Positions 13,600 through 24,985 of a stretch of 64,000 bases of DNA are shown here, piece by piece. The stretch spans positions 62,001-126,000 of the forward strand of contig PNXW01005189.1 of NCBI GenBank assembly GCA_013265495.1. Direction: 5' to 3'. Position 1 is the first letter of the stretch, and every line of letters starts with the position of its first letter. The DNA comes from Vicugna vicugna (lineage: Eukaryota). Position numbers and translations under genes: made by a program. The notes below the pieces were generated by a model. That model saw only the letters and a list, made by a program, of their open reading frames with translations. It ran no database searches and had not been told where the DNA came from.

Positions 13600-14050
13600 A
13601 TAAAGTCAGGTCTGCAAATCCATCTCCATCAGCACCATTCCTTCTAGAGGCGCCGGCTGGCCGGGATTCTGACACAAAGCCTTGTAATAAAGCCACAAAA
13701 TATCCACTTGGAATCTGGGAGTCACTAATTCATTGTTATAACATGGGTACTCATGAAATTATGTAAAAAAACTCATTTTACGGTTGTCAGGGGAAATAAC
13801 TACGCAGATAAATAGACGTGAAAGCATCATAGCCACAGCACAGAAAGCCAATTCAAAATTGGGCCCCATCCCGTCTCCTAATTGGCCTTATTAGAGTGTC
13901 AGAGGAGTGAAAAATTCGTTAGCAATAGTTTTAGCTTTGGCCGACTGTTCTGTAAGATGGGGCCGGATATGATTATTGCTTAAAGATTGCGCTGTCGTTT
14001 GCTACAGTATAAAACATTTTTGCATTGATTCCTATGTGAATTTGAAGTAC
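13600..14050. promoter_or_regulatory. Candidate conserved non-coding element/enhancer
   Basis: Non-repetitive and CpG-retaining. Clustered homeodomain/TALE/GATA-like motifs: GTAATAAA 13684, TTTTACGG 13776, TGTCAG 13785 and 13897, AGATAA 13806, TAATTG 13879. Conservation not tested. Confidence 0.35.
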
Positions 14051-16559
14051 TTAGGCAAATTTAGGCAAGAATTTCTGTTATTTAATTCCCATCACTATTT
14101 CTAGTACTTATTTTATATAAGAAAGACTTCGCATTAATCAAGCAAGTTTCATGTTTCAGAATATGTTTAAATGTAAGTTTTCCCATGGTCAGGGCTTCTT
14201 ATGTGCTACCATATTCTCAAATAAATGGAAATAAGATAAAATGCTTTGTTCATAATTTCTCCTAATGAAAAAAGACAGTAGCAACACCTCTGGGTTCTCA
14301 GCGTCTGAAAAGTGTGTGGGTGCACGTAAGTAATTACTTCAAACCCTTAGGATACAAATTATTCATTAACAATGATGTGTTTTAATAAACATCTTCATGT
14401 GTCCGTGAGATTGTGCACATATATATGAAAAAAAACTGAAATGTAATGTTGATGTTAGAACGAAGAGAAACCGTTATGTATATTGGTGTCCATTTATTCA
14501 CACACCCAGAAACACGATTAAATAGTGTAGATTCTAACGTAATCCTATAAACCAGGGTCTCATCAATGAATAAGCTTCATAATTATTGTCTTTAAAACAG
14601 AATGATATGTCCCCTCTTTTCCAGGAATCCCCAAACCTAGAAAGTATGTTCTGCAAGCACGTTCATGAGGCAAACTGACCGATACAAGATTCACTGGCCT
14701 AGGGAGATGGTGATGGCAATTCAAAATCTGGCAGAACATTTATGATTCCTTTGCCTGCTTGGGGCTGTAACCTGATTCACCATGAAAGAGGCCTGAGTTG
14801 AGGGCTGCTGGCGGGATGAAGAATCGTGTTTCCCCTAGAGAGGTGTGGGAGGTACTCCTAATTCAAGAAAACCTGCCGGATGATTACGGAATAACTTTAG
14901 GTTGATAACTGTATGCATGCTAACGTGTATGCCTCTCTGCTTATCCTGACCAAGTCTCATTTGGAAAATGAGGGGAAAAAAAAATGTAGTGCACATCATT
15001 AATGTATTCAAGTATTTAATTTTAGACTGAACTCCCAGTATGCACTAAGCAGTGTATCTAATATACAATCTGCCTTGTTTTCTCGGCAGACACTTGAGGT
15101 GAATGAGTTGGGGGTGAGTGTGGGGGCGGGACGGGGGACTATGGAACCACAGCTCTGCTCAGGACAGATTGTCTGAGGACAATAGACCCAGCCAGCACCT
15201 TTATTTATTTATTTATTTATTTTAATTACTTTCCTCTTCCTCCCATTAAACGCCTCCTCCTTTGTTCTTAATTTGAAAGCATCCCCATCCCCATTTAATT
15301 ACAGGGCTTTTGATTGACAGGAGCAGAGGACAGGAAGCAAAAAGAAAGCTGTCTCCTTCACGTCCTGTCTGACACGATATAATGAATGTCTGATGGCTAG
15401 TTTAGTTTTTTTCCTTGACAACTTAAATATTTGAAGATGAAATGTGGAATGTAAGAGCATAATGCCAGAGACCAGAGAGAGAGATTAAAAAAAAAAAAAA
15501 AGAAGGAGATGAAGAAGAAGAAGAAGAAGAAAGGAAGTTAATTGGACCAGAAACCAGATACAATACTCATTTGTGCATTTGCCTAATAGTTTAATAACTG
15601 CCAATTTGGGGCAGGGATTCTGTGTAATTGTAATAAGAATTTCATCTCGAGCTCTTCCCAGGCAAAGAGGAGTCAGCAAATAGACTGTGTCCACCGGATG
15701 CTCTGGCCCTGTGTTTTATTGTGTTTACTTTATAATCCCATCATCCCCACGCCACCAGCATGCTTGAGGGGCAGTGAAGGCAGTGGCGCTGCTCCCTCTC
15801 GGCCCCCTGTCTTTCAGAGCGACCCTAAGGTACTTAAGAATGACAGTATAAAGAATATGTGTGCAGATGAGCCGGTAGATTCGGGGAATTGGCTGCTTAT
15901 AGACAGGGATCCTTTTGGTAGACTTAATTCCTTTAGCAAGGGTGATGTTCCATCTGTGGGGATTCCTGTCATGTATAAGGAAGTTAGTCATGCTCTCTGT
16001 GGAGTTGAGTTTCTTGAATTTTAATGAAACCTGTGTCAATCTGTCTCCTCTATACCCTCGTGTTAAAATCAGTGGTCAGCCACTCCACAGTCTCAACAGT
16101 AAATCACAGCAGATAAACCAACCAGGACAGCTCTGAAGAATTTAAGGTTGAGTTTCTCCCCCCAGTTCCTGTGCTCCCCTCTTTGCAACTGGGACACTCA
16201 AGGAATACATAATAAACTGGTGGCATTTCTGTCTTAAAGGGACAGCCTTGTGTTCAAACTAGGCATCTAGATGTTGTGTTTTGGTTTTTTTTTAAATGTC
16301 CTTCTTCGTTGGGAAGTTTTTCTTCTCTGTTGCATGTATTCCTTTCAATAGATCTGTCATGGATTCGGGGCTTTTGTATAGGTTCTGTGTCGTTGAGCTA
16401 TTTCTTTCTTTTTTTTTTTTTTTTTTTTGTACAAAATGCCCTGAGAGAAATGCTGATTCGAACCAAAGAAAATGAACTGTTAGGCAGAAATTAAGAGAAA
16501 ATGATGTGTGTGCCACCTGAATATAAATTAACTGTGAATGATGTAACGGAGAGAAGCAA

Positions 16560-16730
16560 TATTTACAATTAGCTGTGTGCATCACTCTGAGAGCACGGGG
16601 CGGGGAGGACATAGCTCACCCAGACTGGATTGGCTCCCAATGGGTTAGAACAGCGTTACAGCCCTTGGTGGAAGTTCCTAATTCTTCTGCAGTGTGTTGC
16701 TATCATCTCAAAGGCAAGGTCACTGGAGCA
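16560..16730. promoter_or_regulatory. Promoter-like motif cluster
   Basis: GC box GGGGCGGGG 16597-16605, ATTGG 16629-16633, CCAAT 16637-16641, and nuclear-receptor half-site CAAGGTCA 16715-16722. Confidence 0.3.
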
Positions 16731-17187
16731 TCACTGTCACTGTCACTTGCTCTGCGTGTGTAAGCCAAAACTGTTTCTATGGGGAGGCCTGACAGAGCAA
16801 GTTGGAACCGAAAGTTCTTTTTGGCAGAGCTGTCCTGGCACAGAAATGGGACTCTAACTGGTTCCTTAATGGTAAAAGCTACAGGCTCCATTTCTCTTCT
16901 TGTTGGGGCTACTGGTTGGAATCACTGGCTGGCTGTTTTCACAGATCATTTGTCTCTGTGCGGTGTCCTGTTTCTCTTTGTTTTGTTCTAGCTCTTGTTG
17001 GTGAGGGTACATACTATTACAGCAGGCTGCTTTTGTTTTTTTTTTTTATATTTTGGATCAAAATTGATACCTTCCACTAAAGTGAAAGCATATTTTCTTC
17101 TCAACTACTTATTTGGCCTAATTGCTGTATATGTCACTGTAATGTGCTAACCCACGTTAAATCTTCACTTAAAATATTGCCTATCTT

Positions 17188-17544
17188 TGAGATTAACAGA
17201 TACACAGTAGCTGTTAGACAAACAAGAAGAATCTGCGATAGCACAGGGAACTACATCTAATTTCTTCTAATAACATATAATGGAGGGGGGAGAACATAGC
17301 TCAGTGGTGGAGCACATGCTTAGCATGTATGAGGTCATGGGTTCAATCCCCAGTACCTCTGTTAGGAATAATTAAATATCTAATTACCTCTCCCCTAACC
17401 CCACACAAAATATATATATATAATGGAAAAGAATCTGAAAAAATATATATATGCATGTAGATGTATAACTGAATTGCTTTGTTGTACATCTGAAGCTAAC
17501 ATTGTAAATCAACTACACTTCAGTAAAAAATGAAATTTCAAAAC
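17188..17544 (+). mobile_element. Artiodactyl-type L1 3' tail, 5'-truncated, interrupted by a SINE
   Basis: 'gagattaacagatacac...tagcacagggaactac...aacattgtaaatcaactacacttca' plus an A-rich tail. Diverged TSD taaaatattgcctatctt (17170-17187) / taaaatatcacatgtctt (17545-17562). Confidence 0.8.
17285..17417 (+). mobile_element. tRNA-derived camelid SINE (vic-1 type)
   Basis: Pol III A box TAGCTCAGTGG 17297-17307 and B box GGTTCAATCCC 17340-17350 in a tRNA-Ala-like head. Perfect TSD atataatgga at 17275-17284 and 17418-17427. Confidence 0.88.
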
Positions 17545-18039
17545 TAAAATATCACATGTCTTATTTTCAAATTAACACATGGGTGGGTGTTGTTTTCTTT
17601 ACCATTTTTCATGGTGTCACCCACTTACTATTATTTGACATTTAAATGTGCCACAAATTCAATTGTGCAAACATCTTAATATATAGAAAAGGAGCAGTAT
17701 TGAAAGAAACATTAAATTTTTTTAAGAAGTAAAAAGAGACATCTCTTCGGTGTTTTTTGGTTTATTTTTGTTTTGTTTTGTTTTAAGCATCTTGCATTTA
17801 GCTCTTAGCATTTGCTGCTTGATAGTGTCTTACATATTTTTAATTTACTCAGTGGAGGGCATATATTAGATACACAGCAAAGGAATCTGATTAATGATTA
17901 GATAGTATATTAGCTATTACATAAAAATCTAATCTGCTATTTGCTTGCAAACTTGGTTTTATGGAAATCCTCTACTTCCCACCTTGGAAGCAGCAGTCTA
18001 CACAATCTATATATTTACTTGTCATTTGTTTACTAGTTA

Positions 18040-18180
18040 ATTCAGCTATTTATTTCAATAAATATTTAGTGAGCCTACACTGTATGCCAATAAGAGCTCT
18101 AAGCTGTGCCAGGATGGAGAACAAGACAGGCCTTTCTCTCTCTAAGAGTCACCATCTAGGAAATACTATCTATAAATGAT
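18040..18180 (-). mobile_element. L2 3' end fragment
   Basis: 'ttcaataaatatttagtgagcctacactgtatgcca' is the reverse complement of the L2 tail. Confidence 0.6.
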
Positions 18181-18329
18181 CCAAGTGGATTAATATCCTT
18201 AACGTAGACTTCAGTAACCCATCCACATTTTACCCAGCTCTCCCCTTCAGCACTATTGCACTCATGAATCCAGATGCCAGAGCTGTTAGCATCTGATTAT
18301 TCAAATTGAGATTCTCTCCAGAAGTTTTC

Positions 18330-18646
18330 CTCCATCAAAGTGAGTGTCCTTCAATTTTACATTCCTTCTGTGGGACACGCTTCATCCATTGAATAGTGAA
18401 CATAAAGTTCAAAGGCCTGGACTTCTTTCCCTAAGGTGGGTCCCTTCTGAAAAGCCAACCATCAACAGAGCTCCAATGGGATTGGCTGAGGTCTTTGTTG
18501 CAACAGCATCACAGTTCAATTTCTCCTTCTGCCTCATCTGACTTCCCTCACTCCCGTAAAATAGAAGTCCTCGAACAGTATTCCCCAACAAAGTTTGTGG
18601 ATGCAAATTGCCACCTCAAACTGTTTCTTGGGGAACCCAACCTAAG
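18330..18646 (+). mobile_element. ERVL LTR16-like fragment
   Basis: 3' end 'atgcaaattgccacctcaaactgtttcttggggaacccaacctaag' resembles the LTR16 terminus. Confidence 0.5.
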
Positions 18647-21019
18647 TTAAGGCGTTGACAGCTACCAATGCTAAGGCACAGTAGATGAATTCCTAAGCTA
18701 ACCGGATCGTGGATCAGGAGTATGAAGTATAAATAGAAATATGCAAAAGTCCGAAGTTGGGTCCTCCATCAATTACTATGAATCCTAAAATGAATAGAAT
18801 GCAATCAGAAGAAATGCACTTCACTTTTCTCCTTAAGAAGTTTCTCTTTAAATATCCACACTAAACAATTAGCAGGAATTCTAAGCTGATTACAAAGAAT
18901 AGTCTCCCCTGTTAGTCTCTATTGATTGTTTGAATATCTCTTTTTCCATTGTAATTTCAAATATCCTGAAAGTCACACGACATCTATTACCTCTGTCAAG
19001 CAATTAACCTTTGAATTTATAGTCTATTTTAATATTGTGCTTTTATTGTATATACAAGTGCTTGTCTTGTCTTCCAATTTATATTTTTTGAAAATTCTAT
19101 GAGGACAGGTGCAGAATTTTCAGCTCCTGTAGCCTCCACACTGCCCAGCATTGCCAGCATTTGCTGGAATGTAGATTACATAGCAATGTCTCAACACTTG
19201 AGACTTGTTAAAGGAGAGACACTGAATAAATGCATTCCTCTTTAGAAGCTTTGAAAATTATTTGGAAAATCAAAAACAGCCTATTAAAACTCAGACACTA
19301 TCTCTTCCCTCTGTTCTTGCCTATATTTGGCTGTATAGACTTTCAGAATGCGGTTTTGCAATTATAAGTTATAAAACTGAGTTATAATATTGTCTCTTAA
19401 TAACTATCTAGAAATATTAAAATAAACAACAGAAAATAAAAAATGAATCAAAGCCACTGAAGAGCATGGTGCCTAATTTATTACTATAATGTAGGAGAAA
19501 TTAAAATTGCATATAAAGCAAAAATAATCTAACTATATTAGTCCCTTCATAAAACATGACTATGCCATCTACTTGAAGTTAATAATATTCTCTAAAGTAA
19601 TATTTCTCGTGGGTTTTTTTTTTTTAACTGCAGCTTCTAGTTTTTTAAAATGTGGATTTCTGTGCTTTGTCATTGCCACAAAGACTGTCTTCTTCTTGTT
19701 CCTGTTTTGACTCTTGCTGTGGTATTTCTCTCTTTTATCTTTTTATTTTTTTGGCTAGTAATGTGAAGAGGCTGGACTTCCGCAATTTCTGAGACTCTCG
19801 AATACTCCTCATCTCCAGGAAGGGCATTCGTTTCATTCAAGAAACTCCTTTCTGGAGTTGGCTAGAGTATCACTTGATCAGTTTGAAGCAGTCAGATAAC
19901 ACCAAGATGCCTTTCTTTCTCTCTTATATATAATGAATGGGGTGATTTCATTTTCATTTTATTTTGGAAATCTCAGTCAAAATTAATCAGGCATGTTTCA
20001 CTAAACCCAAGTTGTTAAGCCTCACGAGTGACAAATGCACTCCCTCTCCTCAAAAGGATGAGTTGGGGTAAGGCATGAAGCACGTTCATTTCTTTTCACG
20101 GATGCACCCAGGGTGCGAGAATTCCAATTATGGTATTTGTACCCACAGCTTTATTTTTTAAGATCAAATTTTAGGGCTCCATGATTACTTATTTATTATT
20201 CACAAAGTATATGTTCCATCGATTTTATACGTTAATGGTCTTGGCAACAAAGACATCACATCCAAACCGCTTTCTCTGTTATTATTGACATCTGTGAGAG
20301 ACTACTTTAAAATGTTTTCGGTTTTAACATTTTCAAAAAATTGTAGCGTCAAGCCAAAAAAAAATGCAAATTTTATTGTACTTAAAAATATAAGAAAAAT
20401 ATCATTTTTACTCCATTGATTAGAATATTTAAATATGAAATATTAGAAAGCATAGGGATATATTATAACCAACCCCCCCACCCCAACCCTGGTGATGTAT
20501 ATCAAAATGCATTGGGGGCATTTTATTAAAGCAATTTATAAAGTCAACCATATATACTGATTCTTTTCTCTCTCTCTCTCTGCTCTATACATTATACATT
20601 AGTTCTCTATTCTAAATAATAGCTTTATAATTTTTCCAAAGATTCAGATAAAATCTTCATTTCTGTGGTTTTAGTTCAAATTAGGAAGCATCTCTAGTTC
20701 CTCAGTGTGGACAAGTGAGCTCAATTTTCTATATTGTTTGCATCCTCAATCTGCCAGAGCACTCAGCCCAGAGGAGGCGCTGTGTAAATCCCAGTTATTA
20801 ATCATTAATAATGCAAATAATAAATGGTATTAGGATATCATAAACAACTACAATACAGATTATTTCTTTCTCAACTTTCTCTTGTTTTCCTCCAGCCTTC
20901 CTACTCTTCTCTTCTTAGTTCCAATTTTCAGTTCAATCTCTAGAGCAAGAAATATAAACCAAAATGTCATGGCAGATCCATGATGTCAATTGATTATTTT
21001 TTGTTTGCTTGTTTTTCCA

Positions 21020-21305
21020 TATTTTTTAATTGAAATGGGTCAGTATATAGTATACAGTATAGTCAGTTACAATGTATCAATTTCTGGTTACAGCATAATG
21101 TCTCAGTCATATATATATATACACACACAAATTCATTTTCATATTCTTTTTCATTAAAAGTTGCTACAAGTTATTGAATATAGTTCCCCATTCTATACAG
21201 AAGAAATTTGTTTTTTATCTATTTTTATATATAGTGATTAATATTTACAAATCTCAAACTCCCCAATTGCTCCCTTCCCACCCCCTTCCCCCCAATAACC
21301 ATGTT
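21020..21305 (-). mobile_element. Artiodactyl-type L1 3' tail
   Basis: 'tatagtcagttacaatgtatcaatttctgg...aatatagttccc...aaatctcaaactccc' is the reverse complement of the same tail family seen at 38.5, 48.7 and 53.2 kb. Confidence 0.85.
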
Positions 21306-23629
21306 CACTATGCCTATTGTGTGAAATCAGAATTATAATAAATATCAGTGAAAAGTCCCAGCTCAATCCAAAACAAGCAGTGAATGAGCCACAGTAATTG
21401 CTGGTTTGGTAGAATATAGAAATGAGAAGATTTCTGATTCCAAGGATTTATCACATCAACAGGAGATACACATTTATCCTTCTAACTCTAGTATGTGCTA
21501 AAATTTGGATACTTTGTATCTAAGCTTTGTTGGCTATTGACTAATAAAGAGGCACTTACATTTTATTTTAGAATAACCATCTCTTTGGAATTTACATAGG
21601 ACAGAAGATTGCTAATGTAAAATAGCTTACCTATCTGTCATATGCTATATGATGTAAAGTGAAGGTTTCCTGCCTTAATTATTATTCATATCTAATGAAC
21701 ACTGTGAGGCCCACCGTTCACTAAGTACTTCTTCCAGATGTGAAATTCAAGTGAGACCTTGAAGATATAAATTTACTTTCTTGCACTAAAAAAAAAAAAT
21801 TCAAGTCAGCCAACCCATATTAAACAAATAAAGAATTAGTTTTGAGGGTCCTCTCTCCTTCAGTACATCTCAAATGGAAGATAGAAAGTAATGTGCCATC
21901 TGACATGTCTATCTTCTAATACTTCTGTTCAAAGCAGGTGTCTCTCCAGTTCGTGGATGTCCCTATCTCAAGTCTCTGTCCAATCACACAGAGTCTCACA
22001 CCCAAAGTTCAGATTTTGGCGTCAACATAATGGATACAAGATTTAGCTTTCACTCCCAGAGTTTATGTTAGAGGTGAAAATCAGTTGCTCTAATTTGGGA
22101 GTAATTTCTTTTCACATTTATTCTGTTTTTTAAAAGTTCTCTTCATGTCTCAGCACAAGAAATATCGTGCTTAAAGTATCAAGGTAGACACTGAACTCAA
22201 TTTTCTATTTTGTCTAGATCTCCTTGGGGAGCTACAGAAGGCCTACGGAAGACCCTCTGTGGATCCTAGTTAGATGTAGTTGTATTAATAATCACCCAGC
22301 AGTTAAGTTATCCGAAATAAAAATGGGAAGGTGAAAGGCAGAGAGTAAAGTATTTCATGAAGAGTTGGGGTCACGAAATCCAACCACCGAGGTCAGCGTG
22401 GCTGAAATTTAACTCTCAATACCAGTGTTACCTTATTTTTCTTTCTGTTAAAGAAGTCAGTGACCTGGTTTTCTCTTTCTTAAGACCTCCCTAAATTGTT
22501 GATTATCTTGATTTCAATTCCAAAAAAAAAAAGGAAACTCACAAGCTAAAATTCCTCCTCGGCCATCAGAGAAAGTTAAAAACAAGCCAAATAAAACTAC
22601 CAAAAACAAAACAAAACCATAAAGTGCCAAAGAGCAATGTTTATACGTTTTCAAATGGAAGCTGAAAAACACCAATAAAGTTTGGATTTAGCTCGAATGT
22701 ACCATCAACCTTAGGCAGCTCCCTCCCACCCCTACCCCTTTTTAATGGTCCATTTGTCTCGTTCCCCCTGGAAGATCTATAGGGAAAATTACCAGGGCAG
22801 AATGTAGATCCAATTGCACATCCTGCTACTGGAGAAACAGTTCCTGTTCTCATCATTGGGATCAATAATTTGCTAGCACAGTATTAGCAAGAGCAACAAC
22901 TCCACCGGGTTAAAGGAGTTTTACACTGAATAATGACGGTCTAGAAAAGGGAAAAGCTGAGCAAGTAAATCCTGGCAGCCTTTTACTATTGAGAGAGCAC
23001 ATGCCAGTGAATCAATAGTGGTTCTGGTCGGAGCTGTAAAGATGCTTTATTGTCCTGCCTGAGTACATTGGTAGAGATGCTCTCTTAATATCTGTACACT
23101 GGAGCCACCAGGGTCCAGGCCTGCCCTATTAACAAAAGCATTTCCTCCTCAGAAGAGCAGAAGTTGCTTCTGGGGACCCAGAACATCGCTGCATCATGTC
23201 TATAAAAACTCCAAGAAAGAGAAAAGGGCTTAGATGGGAAGAATGAGAAGGGAAGCCCCAGAGAGAGTGTGGAAAGGGACCCAGAGCCAAAGGATTGCAT
23301 TTTATCTCAACAGCTTTAAAAAACAAAACACAGACATCTTCCTGAGTTTAATCTGTACTTTAGGGGCAGAAATTATGAAAATCAATGTGTTTCTTAGTTG
23401 TCCTGTAGGACGAATAAGTCATCTCTTGATAAGAAAACTAAATTTTGTGACAGTGACTTGATTTACCCAAAGTCATCAAATACTGAAGAGCTGAGGCAGG
23501 GGTAGACTCCCCGGTGGTGCTCACCAGGCTGGAGTGGTCCTCCCACTGCCTGCAGCGATAATCTACAACGTATGTCCCATTGGATAGTCTTACAAGTTTT
23601 CTCTTGCCAAATATGGTAGTTAAAGAGGG

Positions 23630-24985
23630 AATCTGTTCATTACATGTCTGACTCTCTGCTTTTTAGGCACAAAGGGAAATTGTACTTTCTGTCCAACCCA
23701 TTGTGGTTGGACAGCCCATGGGACAAGTTCTGCTAATGAATTGTGAGCAGACGCCCTTCTTGTCCTGAAGCAGTTACTTGATGTGAAAAATCAGCTGAGA
23801 GAAAGGAGACAGAAGGAGTGTCTCTCCCATGGAAAACTGAAAGACTCAAAGTGACCCACAGTTCATTAAAGGAAGGCCAGGCACATACCTGGGAATGCAG
23901 GGGAAAAAAAATCTTTAAAAATGTCTAGGAAAAACAAAAAAGCTCTGGGTGTGGCCATTGTTGCATGAAGTTTACTGCAGTTAAATAGATGGGAAAACAG
24001 CCAAGTTTCTCAGAAGATTGTACGTCTGCAGGAACCACCAGCCTGGATTGAAAACCTCCCCCATTGTCTAAGATTTGAAGCAACTCTTGGGCTGTCAACC
24101 TCCCAGTAAGGTAGCATTTCACAGGCTCATGTCAGATGCTGTGTGTGAATAAAGGAAAAGGAAGGGCCTGCCTAAGTGGAGCTGAGAGCCGTGGAGGATG
24201 GTGACCTCAATGCTCTTCCCATGAATCTGACTCATGGTCTAATCAGCAAACGTTTCCCACTCACAGAGCAGGGCCCTCAATATATCTGCCAAGATGACTT
24301 GATAATTGCTGCAGTTGTGTGAATTTGTGGATTGTTTCTGTGATTACCTTATCCCTCTTTCATTAAGGGTTGTGAGATAGTAGAAGCAATTAACTAGTCT
24401 TTCCAACACATAAATTTCCTAATCAAGAAGGGCTTGAGGTGGACCTGATTAAAGATTCTCACGTGTAACACCCTGATGTGCTATTAATGTCACATTCTAT
24501 AACATCCTGAAATGAGACCTTTTGGGTTGTCTCCCTTGGGGAAAGAATACGTATATTTTGTCTGAGGAGAGAGTGTGATCTGAATATTTTGTGAACAGAA
24601 GGGCAAACTTTGATTATTATTAATACTGTTTATCAAGTATTTCCAGCTCTCTGCTATTTGATCATATGTTTAAATTATGCTTCCTGGATCCTTTGAAGTT
24701 GGGTGAGGCCACGTTCTCAGCCAACGAGCTTTGAGCAGCTGTGAAGTCTGTGACTTCTGAGCAAGGGCATTTGATTGACAGTTCCGGAGCCTCCAGAACT
24801 CTCTTTCCCTTGGCTGTCTCAGAAGTGGTGGTTGCTTAATAGATGGGAAGCGAGAGTGCAGAGTTGTAGAGTAGAACCTAGTCAAACCATAACTGACCTG
24901 TTGTTAAGAAAGAAAAAAACGTGTTGGTAGAAGTCTTTACAATGTGAGGATTTCAGTTTCTTCAGTATATTCTAAACTATTCTTA
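23630..24985. mobile_element. Nested or decayed MaLR/ERVL LTR fragments (MLT1-like)
   Basis: MLT1-like phrases 'aatgaattgtgagcaga' and 'tttgaagttgggtgaggccacgt...tgtgacttctgagcaagggcatttgattg'. Family assignment uncertain. Confidence 0.45.

Noticed and set aside
13920..14000. miR-137-like sequence (ttattgcttaa at 13973)
   Set aside because: Only the first 11 nt match the mature miRNA as recalled, and no pre-miRNA-quality hairpin forms.
17285..17360. Possible tRNA-Ala gene
   Set aside because: A and B boxes are present, but the stems are degenerate and it carries a SINE tail and TSD, so it is a tRNA-derived SINE.
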